Assembly (NCBI GenBank): GCA_001770205.1
Contig: MEQL01000057.1
Location: 1-64,000 of the forward strand
Reading direction: 5' to 3'
From: Bdellovibrionales bacterium RIFOXYD12_FULL_39_22
GTDB lineage: Bacteria; Bdellovibrionota; Bacteriovoracia; Bacteriovoracales; Bacteriovoracaceae
DNA: 64,000 nucleotides
Shown: positions 1 to 10,008 of the stretch, one piece after another
Numbering within the stretch: the stretch's first letter is position 1
Layout of the letters: every line of letters starts with the position of its first letter
Translations under genes and position numbers: made by a program
The notes under the pieces: generated by a model
Databases searched by the model: none
What the model saw: the letters and a program-made list of their open reading frames with translations, nothing else
Told to the model about the DNA's origin: nothing

Positions 1-21
1 TTTTACCTGTCCCTTCTTCAT
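1..21 (-). CDS. 5' end of a gene running off the window, possibly a cold-shock protein
   Basis: Minus strand reads AAGGAG RBS, then ATG AAG AAG GGA CAG GTA AAA (MKKGQVK), like the MxxGxVKWF start of CspA-family proteins; only 7 codons visible. Confidence 0.45.
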
Positions 22-374
22 AAAATTTTGACTCCTTGAAAAGCTCTCTATTACAAGAAAACTTTCTCTTTGTAGAGTCCGTTTTTTTAAGCAAGATCAG
101 GAGCACGTTATCATAGAAAAGATACAAAAGTTTAGGCCCGACAGCACAGGTTGACTTACTCAGAAAAGTAATTCAACGGCCCGTATTGTAGGAGTTACGG
201 AACTTGAAGATACCAAGCTGGCCAATGGAAGTACGAGATCTTTGTCGCACTCATAAAAGTTGAGAAATAAGTTGTCTGATCAACAATCGCAATTTTGGTT
301 TTTTAGGTTACAAACAACACTTAATAAAATACCATATATTCAATATTTTTTTATGCAAATATGGAGTTATTTAA

Positions 375-899
375 ATGCTCTTAGATTATCCAGATAAAAA
401 ATACTTTGAAAGTTTTATGGAAGCAGTTGCTGAATTCAGTAATTCTGGGCCAACGGAACATCACCCAACGTCTGAAGAAATATCCAACAGAGCGGACTTT
501 CTGAATTATATCCAAAATATGGAAGATAGAAGATTAGGAAGAAATCTAAAGCCAGGATATGTCCCGGATACATATCTTTGGATGATTGCTGATTCGAAGT
601 ACTGTGGCCAGATTTCAATTAGACATCGATTGATTCCCGCTCTTGAGCAATTTGGGGGGCATATTGGATATGCGGTTAGGCCTAGCGAGAGGCGAAAGGG
701 GTATGCAACGAAGGCCTTAGAATTAGCACTGCCTTATGCTAGAGAACTTGGGCTTAGAAAAGTTTTGATCACCTGTTACAAAAGTAATATTGCCTCCGCC
801 AAAATTATTATTGCCAACGGAGGGGTCCTTCAAGATGAAATTCAAAATGAAGGTCATCATGACTTGACTCAGAGATACTGGATCACTTATCGAATTTAG
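375..899 (+). CDS. GNAT family acetyltransferase
   Basis: GGHIGYAVRPSERRKGYA acetyl-CoA-binding motif, NIASAKII..NGG, GGAG RBS. Confidence 0.9.
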   Translation: MLLDYPDKKYFESFMEAVAEFSNSGPTEHHPTSEEISNRADFLNYIQNMEDRRLGRNLKPGYVPDTYLWMIADSKYCGQISIRHRLIPALEQFGGHIGYAVRPSERRKGYATKALELALPYARELGLRKVLITCYKSNIASAKIIIANGGVLQDEIQNEGHHDLTQRYWITYRI

Positions 900-907
900 G
901 ATTACGA

Positions 908-1594
908 ATGTATAAATATGTTTACCATGGCTCACATGTTCAAAATATGAAAGTTCTAATACCAATTGAGGGTTCACATAAAAAGCCTTGGGTGTATGCT
1001 GCAAAAGAAATTGAGTATTGTGCAACATTTATCCACCGGAAAGGCACGGGAGGAGATTTTTCATCAGTATCTTACCGAGATGACGACACTGGACTTATGT
1101 GTATTTGTGAAAGATATAGTGGCGCGTTGGATAGAATGTATGACGGTGTTTCTGGTTCAATATATATCTTACCCGGAGAAACTTTTAGAGAAGATGACAT
1201 GACTTTTGATGCTGAGGTAATTTCAGAAGTTGCAGTTAGACCAGTTGAAGAGATCAAAATTTCTAATATGAAAGAATTCCTTCTACAACAATGCAAAGAA
1301 AATAAGTTCAAAATTTACTTTCATCCAAATAGACCTTCTTGGGTTCCTACTGACGATGAAGATATTGTCTTCAAAGCTGTGATCTACGCTAAGGCCCATG
1401 GAGAACGACAACTTGAATATATTAAGGAATTACAATCTCATCTATACAACAGAGTAACCGAAATCTATAGGAATCCCGATCTAATAGCTTCACTTGTTCC
1501 CACATGGCTTGAGCGATTTCCAAACTATAAAAACTTTATCCTAGACTCAATACAAAAGGAATTTCCAGAAGTGTATCCAAAACTTAAATTATGA
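908..1594 (+). CDS. Hypothetical protein with possible ADP-ribosyltransferase-like N-terminal domain
   Basis: 228-aa ORF 8 nt after the GNAT gene; YHGS...VYAA pattern recalls ART-fold proteins. Confidence 0.6.
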   Translation: MYKYVYHGSHVQNMKVLIPIEGSHKKPWVYAAKEIEYCATFIHRKGTGGDFSSVSYRDDDTGLMCICERYSGALDRMYDGVSGSIYILPGETFREDDMTFDAEVISEVAVRPVEEIKISNMKEFLLQQCKENKFKIYFHPNRPSWVPTDDEDIVFKAVIYAKAHGERQLEYIKELQSHLYNRVTEIYRNPDLIASLVPTWLERFPNYKNFILDSIQKEFPEVYPKLKL

Positions 1595-1778
1595 TGCAAT
1601 CAAGTTGACACATATATGACAACGATATTGGAGCAAACATATGGTAGAGATTTTTTAATTGATTTTACAAGTAAAAATTCCAATTATTTCATCAAAAACA
1701 AATTAATTTCTTGAGATAGTGGTAAAGTTAAAATATGCCAGATAGGTCAAATGAACTTTATATGGAAAAGCGAACTTT

Positions 1779-3026
1779 ATGAATATTATATCCCATCTCC
1801 TTACTTTAATAATATCAAGCCTACTAATTATAAGACTTTTGATATACTTTTTCCTGAGCAATAAAAACAAAGATTTTATTTTTCGAAATTCTTCCATAGT
1901 GCCAGGCCATTTTTTGAAATATACCTCACCGCAAGACTATCAAAATACATGTAACAATCAAATTAAAAAAAATAATGTCGATTTAATTTTTACGATATAT
2001 TTTACTCTGAATTTTGTTTTTTGGACATGGGGAGGTGGAATGAGAGTACTTGACAATGCTCTCTCTCTTAACAGTTTTCTTTCGAATTCCTACGCTGATC
2101 TTCTAGTAAAGAAAATCCTTTTCCTTCTAATTTTCATTACAAGCAATCTAATGCCTTATAAGATAAAAAAGACTATTTACAAAATTGTTTCCAACGAAAA
2201 AAAGCTGCTATTGGCAAATCACATTAAAGCATCGGCCAGCGAACTACTCATCCAATCACTACTTTTTACAATCGTCGCATTTTGTTTTGTATTTACGCTG
2301 GATAATGTTATCCAAATTCTTGGTCCCCTTTGGCCCGTTTATCTATGGAGTTCTGCTTTTCTCGTATTTATAATATTCATTTTTTTATATCCTAATTTTT
2401 TATCGGCCAAATCAAAAAATGGCTGCCATAATTTTTTGGACAAGACTCACATGGCCGATTCAACGATTAATCTATTAAAGAGGAATCAAATTGATCAAAC
2501 TCAATTACTTGTTGATAAAACTAGTAACGACCTTTACGTTGAGGCTTTTGGGTTTGGAAGCAATAGTTGCATTATATTCAAACATCAAGTGCTCGAGCTT
2601 TTAAATGTTCAAGAAATCGAGGCCGTAATTGCTCATGAAATAGGTCATCTCAAAAATCATCATCCGATAAAATTACTATCGTTGGTAATGTTGTTCGTGT
2701 TAGTTTTCGTTTTGTTGTTCGGGAATAATTATCAAAGTAACTATTTATTTAATGGACTAGGCACTCCCATCTATTTGGCCTTATATATCCTGTTAGCACC
2801 ATTATATATTTTCTACGTAACTCCAATCTTTTGTTGGTTCACTCGAAAATTTGAAAATGATGCTGATAGATTTGCTTCTACGCAAATCAACACTAATAAC
2901 TTAAGCTCTGCCATATCAAAGATAGCTTCAAAAAAGAAAAATTTACTGATTAAAGATCACCTCTATGGTTGGTTTTTTGATAAAAGTCCCAATTTATTAT
3001 CGCGAATCGATAAATTGAAATGCTAA
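1779..3026 (+). CDS. M48 (Ste24/HtpX-like) membrane zinc metallopeptidase
   Basis: Multiple TM segments, EAVIAHEIGH zinc motif, downstream FENDAD. Confidence 0.8.
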   Translation: MNIISHLLTLIISSLLIIRLLIYFFLSNKNKDFIFRNSSIVPGHFLKYTSPQDYQNTCNNQIKKNNVDLIFTIYFTLNFVFWTWGGGMRVLDNALSLNSFLSNSYADLLVKKILFLLIFITSNLMPYKIKKTIYKIVSNEKKLLLANHIKASASELLIQSLLFTIVAFCFVFTLDNVIQILGPLWPVYLWSSAFLVFIIFIFLYPNFLSAKSKNGCHNFLDKTHMADSTINLLKRNQIDQTQLLVDKTSNDLYVEAFGFGSNSCIIFKHQVLELLNVQEIEAVIAHEIGHLKNHHPIKLLSLVMLFVLVFVLLFGNNYQSNYLFNGLGTPIYLALYILLAPLYIFYVTPIFCWFTRKFENDADRFASTQINTNNLSSAISKIASKKKNLLIKDHLYGWFFDKSPNLLSRIDKLKC

Positions 3027-3133
3027 TACTAGGAAAGAGAATGGCCATTAAATAACGGGCATGACCAACAATTTTAATATCCTGGTTTCGTATTTGGGTT
3101 GGCAACTGAGATTCACTCTGTTTTAATATATAC

Positions 3134-3259
3134 ATGGAACACAATCTTGATAGAAATAAAATATTTAATACATACGCAAAAGAATATGATGTGTATCGAC
3201 CTAGATATCCAACTAGTTTTATAAATTTGCTGACAAGTAATACCAATTATGTAAAATAA
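3134..3259 (+). pseudogene. N-terminal fragment of a class I SAM-dependent methyltransferase, truncated at the IS630 left end
   Basis: Translates MEHNLDRNKIFNTYAKEYDVYRPRYPTSFINLL; the F..A..Y...RP.YP pattern is typical of these N-termini; frame stops inside the IS end. Confidence 0.6.
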
Positions 3260-4377
3260 AAGTGAGCCAAATCAATTAAGTTTGCTAAGTTTTTAGAATG
3301 GAAAATTTAAAAGACTTAGTAAAAAAAATTCAAGATTATGACTTTAAAGCAGAATACAAGCGAGAACGTGATCCCGGAATAAAAATTAAACTTCAGGCAC
3401 TTCATCATCTACAGTCGGGAAGACTATTAAAAGATGTAGCTGATATGGTTATCTATGATGAGAAGGTAGTTCGTAGATGGATTCGCGCTTTTGTTGAACA
3501 TGACTACGAGGGACTTATTGAGAAAGAAGGCCGGGGGCAAAAACCACGGCTACCAAAAGACCAAGAGGAAGCATTTGCTGATGCTCTCGATGCCCTTCAG
3601 GAGACGCGGGGCGGTGGACGCATCACTGTTGATGATATTCAAAAACTATTGGCTGAAAAATTTGATTGCAATTATTCAAGGCCGGGAGTTTACACACTAC
3701 TCGATCGATTGAATATTGTTTGGATTTCTGGGCGGTCAAAACATCCAAAGCATTCAGATGATGCTATAGAAAATTTCAAAGTACTTTTCCCAGAAGAAGT
3801 AAAGCAAATCCAAGAAAAAATCGATACAAAAAAAAATTGAAATTTGGTGGCAAGATGAGAGTAGGGCTGGCCAACAAGGTAGCCTAAGTCGAGTTTGGGC
3901 AGCGAAAGGAACTCGTCCAAGAGTTGTCAGGCAAAGACAATTTCTATCCACATATATTTTTGGTGCTTGTTGTCCGGATAAAGACAAAGGATGTGCCCTT
4001 ATTCTTCCTGAGTGTAATGGTGGAACGATGCAGTTGCATCTTAACGAAATTTCTAAATATGTTGAGAAGGATTTTCACTCAATTGTGTTAATGGATCGAG
4101 CTAGTTGGCATACTACAGAAGCTTTAAATATTCCTGCCAATATATAAATACTTCCATTACCACCATATTCTCCAGAGCTAAACCCAATGGAGCAGGTGTG
4201 GCAGAAGTTAAAACACTCAAAATTAAGTAACAAAACATTTAAAGATTACAATGAAATTTTAGATTGCTGTGCGAATGCCTGGAATTCTTTTTGTGATGAA
4301 GATGGTAATATTAAATCGCTTTGCAGTCGGGCCTGGGCCCAATTATAAAAACCCGACATTATTTCGTGGGTTTGGTA
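3241..4377 (+). mobile_element. IS630-family insertion sequence (probably inactive)
   Basis: Imperfect terminal inverted repeats TACCAA-N7-AAATAA at 3241 and TTATTT-N7-TTGGTA ending 4377, followed by TA; encloses a split transposase. Confidence 0.85.
3298..4348 (+). pseudogene. IS630 transposase: HTH ORF-A 3298-3840 plus DDE ORF-B in the +1 frame, with an in-frame stop
   Basis: A9 run 3828-3836 joins the frames; ORF-B reads WWQDESRAG...MDRASWH...NI*ILPLPPYSPELNPMEQVW; TAA at 4145-4147. Confidence 0.9.
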
Positions 4378-4632
4378 TAATCAGACAAAAATTAGTTTCA
4401 TCTTAAAAGTATTGCCCATATTATCTTTGAGAAAAAAGCGATGTAAACTTTAACCCGCGAGAAGGAAAAGTTGAGCGTTTCCCTTTAATTGTGTTCTCGC
4501 ATAGATTTTGGCCGGAAATAAAAAGCAATCCCGAAAAGATTTGCACTAACACTACCAATTGAAAAGAAATTATTATTGAAGAATAGAAAAGAAAGGCTAT
4601 AATTCAAAACCAATAATTTAAGCGAGGATACT

Positions 4633-4842
4633 ATGACAAAATTCAGTGATATAGAAAAATTGGATGAAAAAGAGTTAAGAAGATTGCGGATGAATTTAAA
4701 CAACCGTCTAGAATCTTTCAAGCGCAGTGAAAATCCCAAGGAGCTTGCAAAGAGTCATATGCTTCACGGGCTTGGCAAGGGCGAATGTGAAAGTTTGCTT
4801 GAACGAGTTCGCATCAGCGAAAAGAAACTTTCTGGAAATTAA
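4633..4842 (+). CDS. Small helical hypothetical protein (69 aa)
   Basis: GAGGA RBS, ATG, charged amphipathic sequence. Confidence 0.7.
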   Translation: MTKFSDIEKLDEKELRRLRMNLNNRLESFKRSENPKELAKSHMLHGLGKGECESLLERVRISEKKLSGN

Positions 4843-4846
4843 TTAC

Positions 4847-5118
4847 ATGCCGTATCCAAACCATAAAGACAAACATCTGTATACATCGATGATCACTCCA
4901 GAACATTTTATGGAGTATATGAAAGCTCGAGGGAGCTATCCAACTATGGCACCACCTACTGGCGTGATCTTTTGTTATCAGAGAAGTCTTTTTGATTATA
5001 TAAAAAAAAATCACCCAACTCAAAACTGGCGGACCTAAAGTGGCATCCAGAATTTCACAACAAAAAAACCAAAGATGGATTAGAGCAAATTTATCACGCA
5101 GCAGTTTCTTGTTTTTAA
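4847..5118 (+). pseudogene. Internally deleted remnant, probably of a nucleoside phosphorylase-family gene
   Basis: N-terminus MPYPNHKDKH...PPTGVIFCYQRSL, then another frame LADLKWHPEFHNKKTKDGLEQIYHAAVSCF*; both resemble termini of that family as recalled, core absent. Confidence 0.5.
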
Positions 5119-5145
5119 GAGGCCAAAATTAATAAGGAGAAAAAA

Positions 5146-6510
5146 ATGTTAGACAAACTACAAAAACATTTGAGCAAAATCAAGGCGGATTATGCCGACA
5201 TTCGCTATGAAAAAATGAGAGAGACAAGAGTTGGCTTCACCGGACAAGATCTGACCGGAATCGGCCCAAACGATACGGATGGATATGTAATTCGCGTTTA
5301 TAAAAATGGTGGATTTGCAACCATCTCGGTGACCTGTGAGGCGGATATCGACAAGGCGATTTCAAGGGTGATAGAAAACGCAACTATCCTTGGAAAAAAC
5401 AGTGATAAAAAAGTTTCACTTAAATTTCCAAATAAAGTTGAAGAGGTGGTTGGACTAGAGTTAGATGGTGATCCCAGAAAGATCTCTCTTTCGGAAAAAC
5501 ACAAACTAACCAAGCACTACAATGATTTGATGCTTGCACAAAAAGATGTACAATCTACCACCATTGGATATAGCGAAGTTTATCGGGATAAATATTTCGT
5601 TAGCACTCTTGGCAGCAAGATCAATGAGAAAACCATCACGACGAGTCTTGGTGGAATGATTATCTGCAAGAAAGGAAATGTTGTTCAAAATGGAACGACC
5701 GTTGTTGGCGGCAGTAATGGTTTTAATCGTCTGGTTGGCCGCGAGCAAAATTTTTTAGATCGCGCAAAAACGGTAAGCGAACTATTAGATGCTGAACCAG
5801 TGAAAGGCGGAACCTATAACGTTGTTTTAGAGCAAAGCATGACAGGGGTTTTTACTCACGAGGCCTTTGGCCACTTTAGTGAAGCCGATCTGATTGAAAA
5901 TAGTCCGACCATGTTAGCAAAAATGCAAATTGGGCAAAAGCTAGGCACCGAAATTTTAGATATTGTAGATGATCCAACGAGAAAGGGACAAGTTGGCCAT
6001 TATAAGTATGATGACGAAGGAGTGCTTGCGCGCCCAGTTGATCTGATGAAAAACGGGGTTCTGTCTGGCAGGTTGCACTCACTTAAAACAGCGGCGGCCT
6101 TCAATGAGCCAATTACGGGACACACAATCGCAGAAGATTCTCGTTATGAACCAATTGTGCGAATGGGTTGTATTTTTATTAAACCTCGCGAAAAAAGCTT
6201 TCAGGATCTTTTAACACAGGCAGGAAATGGACTCTATGTTGTTGGGAATAAGGGCGGCCAGACCAGCGGAGAAAACTTCACTTTTGGAGCACAGTACGCT
6301 TACACCATTAAAAATGGAAAATTAGACAAGCTTGTTCGCGACATTAATTTAATGGGAAATCTTTTCACTACACTTGGCAATATTGTTGGGATTGGTAACG
6401 ACATTGAGTTTTCGGAAAGAGGTGGCTGTGGTAAGGGGCAGATGAATATCAAGTCCTGCTACGGTGGGCCACATATTTTAATTAAAGATGCGTTAGTGGG
6501 AGGTGTATAA
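5146..6510 (+). CDS. tldD: TldD metalloprotease
   Basis: HEAFGH metal motif, YDDEGV, C-terminal GCGKGQ. Confidence 0.92.
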   Translation: MLDKLQKHLSKIKADYADIRYEKMRETRVGFTGQDLTGIGPNDTDGYVIRVYKNGGFATISVTCEADIDKAISRVIENATILGKNSDKKVSLKFPNKVEEVVGLELDGDPRKISLSEKHKLTKHYNDLMLAQKDVQSTTIGYSEVYRDKYFVSTLGSKINEKTITTSLGGMIICKKGNVVQNGTTVVGGSNGFNRLVGREQNFLDRAKTVSELLDAEPVKGGTYNVVLEQSMTGVFTHEAFGHFSEADLIENSPTMLAKMQIGQKLGTEILDIVDDPTRKGQVGHYKYDDEGVLARPVDLMKNGVLSGRLHSLKTAAAFNEPITGHTIAEDSRYEPIVRMGCIFIKPREKSFQDLLTQAGNGLYVVGNKGGQTSGENFTFGAQYAYTIKNGKLDKLVRDINLMGNLFTTLGNIVGIGNDIEFSERGGCGKGQMNIKSCYGGPHILIKDALVGGV

Positions 6511-7814
6511 TGGAAAAGTTATTAGCGCTTGCAAAAAAGCATTCAGACTCAGCAGAAGTTTTTAAAAATAGCTATGAAAGCAACTCAGTGCAAATTGAAA
6601 ACTATGCTTTAAGTGAAATCAAAAATAAAATTCAGACAGGATATTGCCTTAGAATTATCAAAGATGGAAAGATCGGAACCAGCTATACAAAAAATCTTTT
6701 AGATCGTGAAGCGATGATAAAAAATGCACTAGAGTCGTTGGCCGGCGAAGTAAAAGCAGATTTTTCTTTTCCAGAAAATCACAATCCAAAAAAATTTAAT
6801 GATTATGATCCGGAAATTTCAACAATCTCTATCGAGAAGGTTTTGGACAACTCTAAAAATGTTGTAAACTTTATGAAAGGCAAGGCCACCGGCCAATTTA
6901 ACATGTATACCAGCTATGGAGTTTCCAAAACGGAAATTAGAAATAGCAACGGCCTTAATGTAAGTCGAGAAAATAGTTATCACGCAAATATACCAATGCT
7001 TTTATTCCCAGGTACCTATGCCAACATCCATGAAGCCTTCATGACAAATGGTTTCAACAAGGTGAACACAGACGATCTATCGCAGATGATAGGCCTTTAT
7101 AACAGAGGACAAAAAGAGATCTCTCCTCCGGCAGAAAAGATGTCGATAATTTTTGCGCCGCCAACACTGTATGCGCTTATGTGGAGATTTACTGAGGCAA
7201 CGAGTGCAAGAAATATTTATCAGAAAGTATCGCCAGTAAAAGACAAGATCGGAGAAAAAATATTTAGTGAAAAGCTCACCATTATTGATAATCCGCACAA
7301 TGAAAAAAATCTCGTTCCCTGCAGCTTTGATGATGAAGGTGTACCGACAAACAAACTTACGCTTGTAGAAAACGGTGTATTAAAATCTTTTTACAACGAT
7401 CTAAACTACGCTGGAAAGCTAAAGGTTAAACCAACCGGGCATGGTTATAAAAACGCCGCGTGGGGTGGAGAGACTGTTTCGCTAAAACCAAATCCAAGTC
7501 TACAGCACCTACAGATTTTACCAGGAAATATCTCTTTAGAAAAGATGATTTCAGGGATTAAACGAGGAGTTTTGCTTTGCGGTTCATTGGGTGCGCACAG
7601 CGGGAATATTATCAATGGCGACTTTTCGCTCGGAATTAATCCTGGACTCTACATTGAAAATGGAGAAATTGTAGGTAGAATTAAAGATGGAATGATTTCT
7701 GGCAACATCTATGATGTGATGAAGCGAGTAAGCTTTGTGGAAAACAAGCTTCACTATTCAGATGAATATGCTTATCCACACATCTGCTTTGATGATATAA
7801 AAGTTTCAAAATAA
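6510..7814 (+). CDS. pmbA: PmbA/TldE subunit
   Basis: FDDEGVPT, GDFS motif, no HExxxH; 1-nt overlap with tldD. Confidence 0.88.
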   Translation: MEKLLALAKKHSDSAEVFKNSYESNSVQIENYALSEIKNKIQTGYCLRIIKDGKIGTSYTKNLLDREAMIKNALESLAGEVKADFSFPENHNPKKFNDYDPEISTISIEKVLDNSKNVVNFMKGKATGQFNMYTSYGVSKTEIRNSNGLNVSRENSYHANIPMLLFPGTYANIHEAFMTNGFNKVNTDDLSQMIGLYNRGQKEISPPAEKMSIIFAPPTLYALMWRFTEATSARNIYQKVSPVKDKIGEKIFSEKLTIIDNPHNEKNLVPCSFDDEGVPTNKLTLVENGVLKSFYNDLNYAGKLKVKPTGHGYKNAAWGGETVSLKPNPSLQHLQILPGNISLEKMISGIKRGVLLCGSLGAHSGNIINGDFSLGINPGLYIENGEIVGRIKDGMISGNIYDVMKRVSFVENKLHYSDEYAYPHICFDDIKVSK

Positions 7815-7841
7815 TTAACAATTGTTCAATCGGAGGAATTT

Positions 7842-8669
7842 ATGGCAATTGATTCAAGGTTTCCCCAAAATGATTTTGCTGGCCAGTTAAAGACAATCTT
7901 TTGGGCCCTGCCTGTTTTGATTTTGATTATTATTTTCTTTGGATCCTACTACGTTATTGATCCAGGGCAACGAGGAATTCTTGTTACCATGGGAAAGGTT
8001 CATCCCCAGTTTGCTCCGGAGGGGCTAGGTTTTAAAGTTCCGTTTATCACCACGGTGTATCCAGTCTCTGTAAGACAGCACACCAAGACAGCGCAAGCAG
8101 AGTGTTACTCTGCTGATCTTCAACAAGTAAACATAGAAATACGCATTCTGTATAAGCTGCCTGAAAATATGGTCGTTAAAATTTTTAAAGATTACTTTGG
8201 AGATCCGTTTGAAAGCTTGATTGCCCCAAGAGTGTCTGAGGCATTGAAAGAAGTAACGGCCATGCAAAGTGCAGAGCAGATTGTCAAAAAACGTGAAGAG
8301 GTAAAAATCAAAGCGCTAAACTCAGCTAGGCAAAAAGTTGGCGATCTTTTGATTATCGAAGATATTGTTATCCAAAATGTTGCATTGACTAAAGAACTTG
8401 AGCGCGCCATCGAAGAGAAAATGGTGCAGGAGCAAGAGGCTGCCAAGGCCAAATTTATTCAGCAAAAAGCAGAGATTGAGGCCAATACGGCAATCATTCG
8501 CGCAAAAGGTGAGGCGGAGGCCATTAGTGTTCGAGGGCGAGCAATTAAAGATAATCCAGGACTTGTTCAGTTGCAAATTGTGGAGAAATGGAATGGCGTT
8601 GCTCCACTAGTTGTTTCGCCGGCAAGTAATGGTGGTGGTGCAAATATTATTTTACCACTTTCAAAGTAA
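7842..8669 (+). CDS. SPFH/prohibitin-family membrane protein
   Basis: N-terminal TM, PGQRGILV..GLGFKVPF, AIEEKMVQEQEA coiled coil, EKWNG. Confidence 0.92.
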   Translation: MAIDSRFPQNDFAGQLKTIFWALPVLILIIIFFGSYYVIDPGQRGILVTMGKVHPQFAPEGLGFKVPFITTVYPVSVRQHTKTAQAECYSADLQQVNIEIRILYKLPENMVVKIFKDYFGDPFESLIAPRVSEALKEVTAMQSAEQIVKKREEVKIKALNSARQKVGDLLIIEDIVIQNVALTKELERAIEEKMVQEQEAAKAKFIQQKAEIEANTAIIRAKGEAEAISVRGRAIKDNPGLVQLQIVEKWNGVAPLVVSPASNGGGANIILPLSK

Positions 8670-8728
8670 AAACAATTATTTTCCTAGGTCAATAAACGAT
8701 TGTTTCAGCAAATTCTGCGAGGTAAAAT

Positions 8729-8953
8729 ATGTGTTTAGCAATTCCATTAAAAGTAATCGATATTCCCAGCGAAGGTATGGCGCAAGTAGAAACAGATGGT
8801 GTCACTATTGAAGTCTCTTCAATTTTAACTCCTGACATAAAAAAGGGTGAATACGTTTTGGTACACGCCGGCTTTATTATTGAAAAACTGGCGACAAAAG
8901 AGGCCAACTCTCGACTTGAACTTTTCAAAGAAATCTATGAAAGAAAAAATTAA
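8729..8953 (+). CDS. hypC: Hydrogenase maturation chaperone HypC
   Basis: MCLAIP start, GEYVLVHAGF. Confidence 0.97.
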   Translation: MCLAIPLKVIDIPSEGMAQVETDGVTIEVSSILTPDIKKGEYVLVHAGFIIEKLATKEANSRLELFKEIYERKN

Positions 8954-9992
8954 AGTAATAAAAAATCTCATCTCCACAGAGATCCAAAAGCAGAATATCT
9001 CTAACATAAATTTAATGGAAGTTTGCGGCACTCACACTATGGCCATTGCCAAATATGCGATTAAATCAATGTTGCCAACTAATATAAACATTATTAGTGG
9101 CCCTGGCTGCCCAGTCTGTGTAACTGCGGCCACTGACATCGAGATGGGAATTGAATTGGCCTCTCGCTCAGAAACGATAATTGCTACTTTTGGAGACATG
9201 ATAAAAGTACCTGGCCGAAAAAAAACACTCAGTGAATTTGGCAATGTAAAAATAATCTACTCTCCTCTTGATGCGCTAGCACTGGCACAAAACACTCCTA
9301 ACAAAGAAATAGTTTTACTAGGAATTGGTTTTGAGACAACCACGCCCCTCATTGCCGCAACTATGCTGCAAGCACAAAAGTCGGCCTTAAATAATTTTTC
9401 GGTTCTATCCATGAATAAAACTGTGCCTGCGGCACTAGAAGTAATTCTCTCTTCCAGCGATTGTAAAATTAATGGCCTGCTTTTACCTGGACATGTTAGC
9501 GCCGTTACTGGACGCAACTATTTTGACTTTCTTTCAAAATTCAATGCAGCAGGAGTTATCTCCGGCTTTGGCCCTTTGGAAATAATGGAATCCATTTATC
9601 TTTTAGTAAAAATGTTTTCCGAACGCAAAAAAGAGGTAATAAATAACCATCCTCAATTTGTGACAGAAGAGGGTAATCAGACAGCGATGAAAATTTTATT
9701 TTCTGTTTTTGAAGATGCCGATGTAGATTGGCGTGGCATTGGAATTATTCCTCATAGCGGTCTGGCCATTCGCAAGGAGTTTGCGCAATATGATGCTAAG
9801 AAAAAATTCAAGCTGCATACAACTCGCATAGAAAATCCACCCCACTGCCTTTGTGGAAATATTTTAATGGGGAAGGCCCGCCCAAATGATTGCAAGCTAT
9901 TTGGAAAAGCATGTACCCCGGCCAACCCTATTGGGCCCTGCATGGTTTCCTCTGAAGGAACCTGTGCTGCTTACTATAAATACTACCTATAA
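8937..9992 (+). CDS. hypD: Hydrogenase maturation protein HypD
   Basis: MEVCGTHT, GPGCPVC, GFETT, PGHVS, GPCMVSSEGTC; start set to ATG 8937 overlapping hypC. Confidence 0.97.
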   Translation: MKEKIKVIKNLISTEIQKQNISNINLMEVCGTHTMAIAKYAIKSMLPTNINIISGPGCPVCVTAATDIEMGIELASRSETIIATFGDMIKVPGRKKTLSEFGNVKIIYSPLDALALAQNTPNKEIVLLGIGFETTTPLIAATMLQAQKSALNNFSVLSMNKTVPAALEVILSSSDCKINGLLLPGHVSAVTGRNYFDFLSKFNAAGVISGFGPLEIMESIYLLVKMFSERKKEVINNHPQFVTEEGNQTAMKILFSVFEDADVDWRGIGIIPHSGLAIRKEFAQYDAKKKFKLHTTRIENPPHCLCGNILMGKARPNDCKLFGKACTPANPIGPCMVSSEGTCAAYYKYYL

Positions 9993-10008
9993 TCTGAGGT
10001 ATCAAAGT

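Noticed and set aside
4727..4846. 5' extension of the 103-aa ORF
   Set aside because: Overlaps the 69-aa gene; protein-like sequence begins at ATG 4847
8847..10008. Longer starts for hypD (8847) and hypE (9886)
   Set aside because: Extensions overlap upstream genes and lack family features; ATGs at 8937 and 10009 fit better
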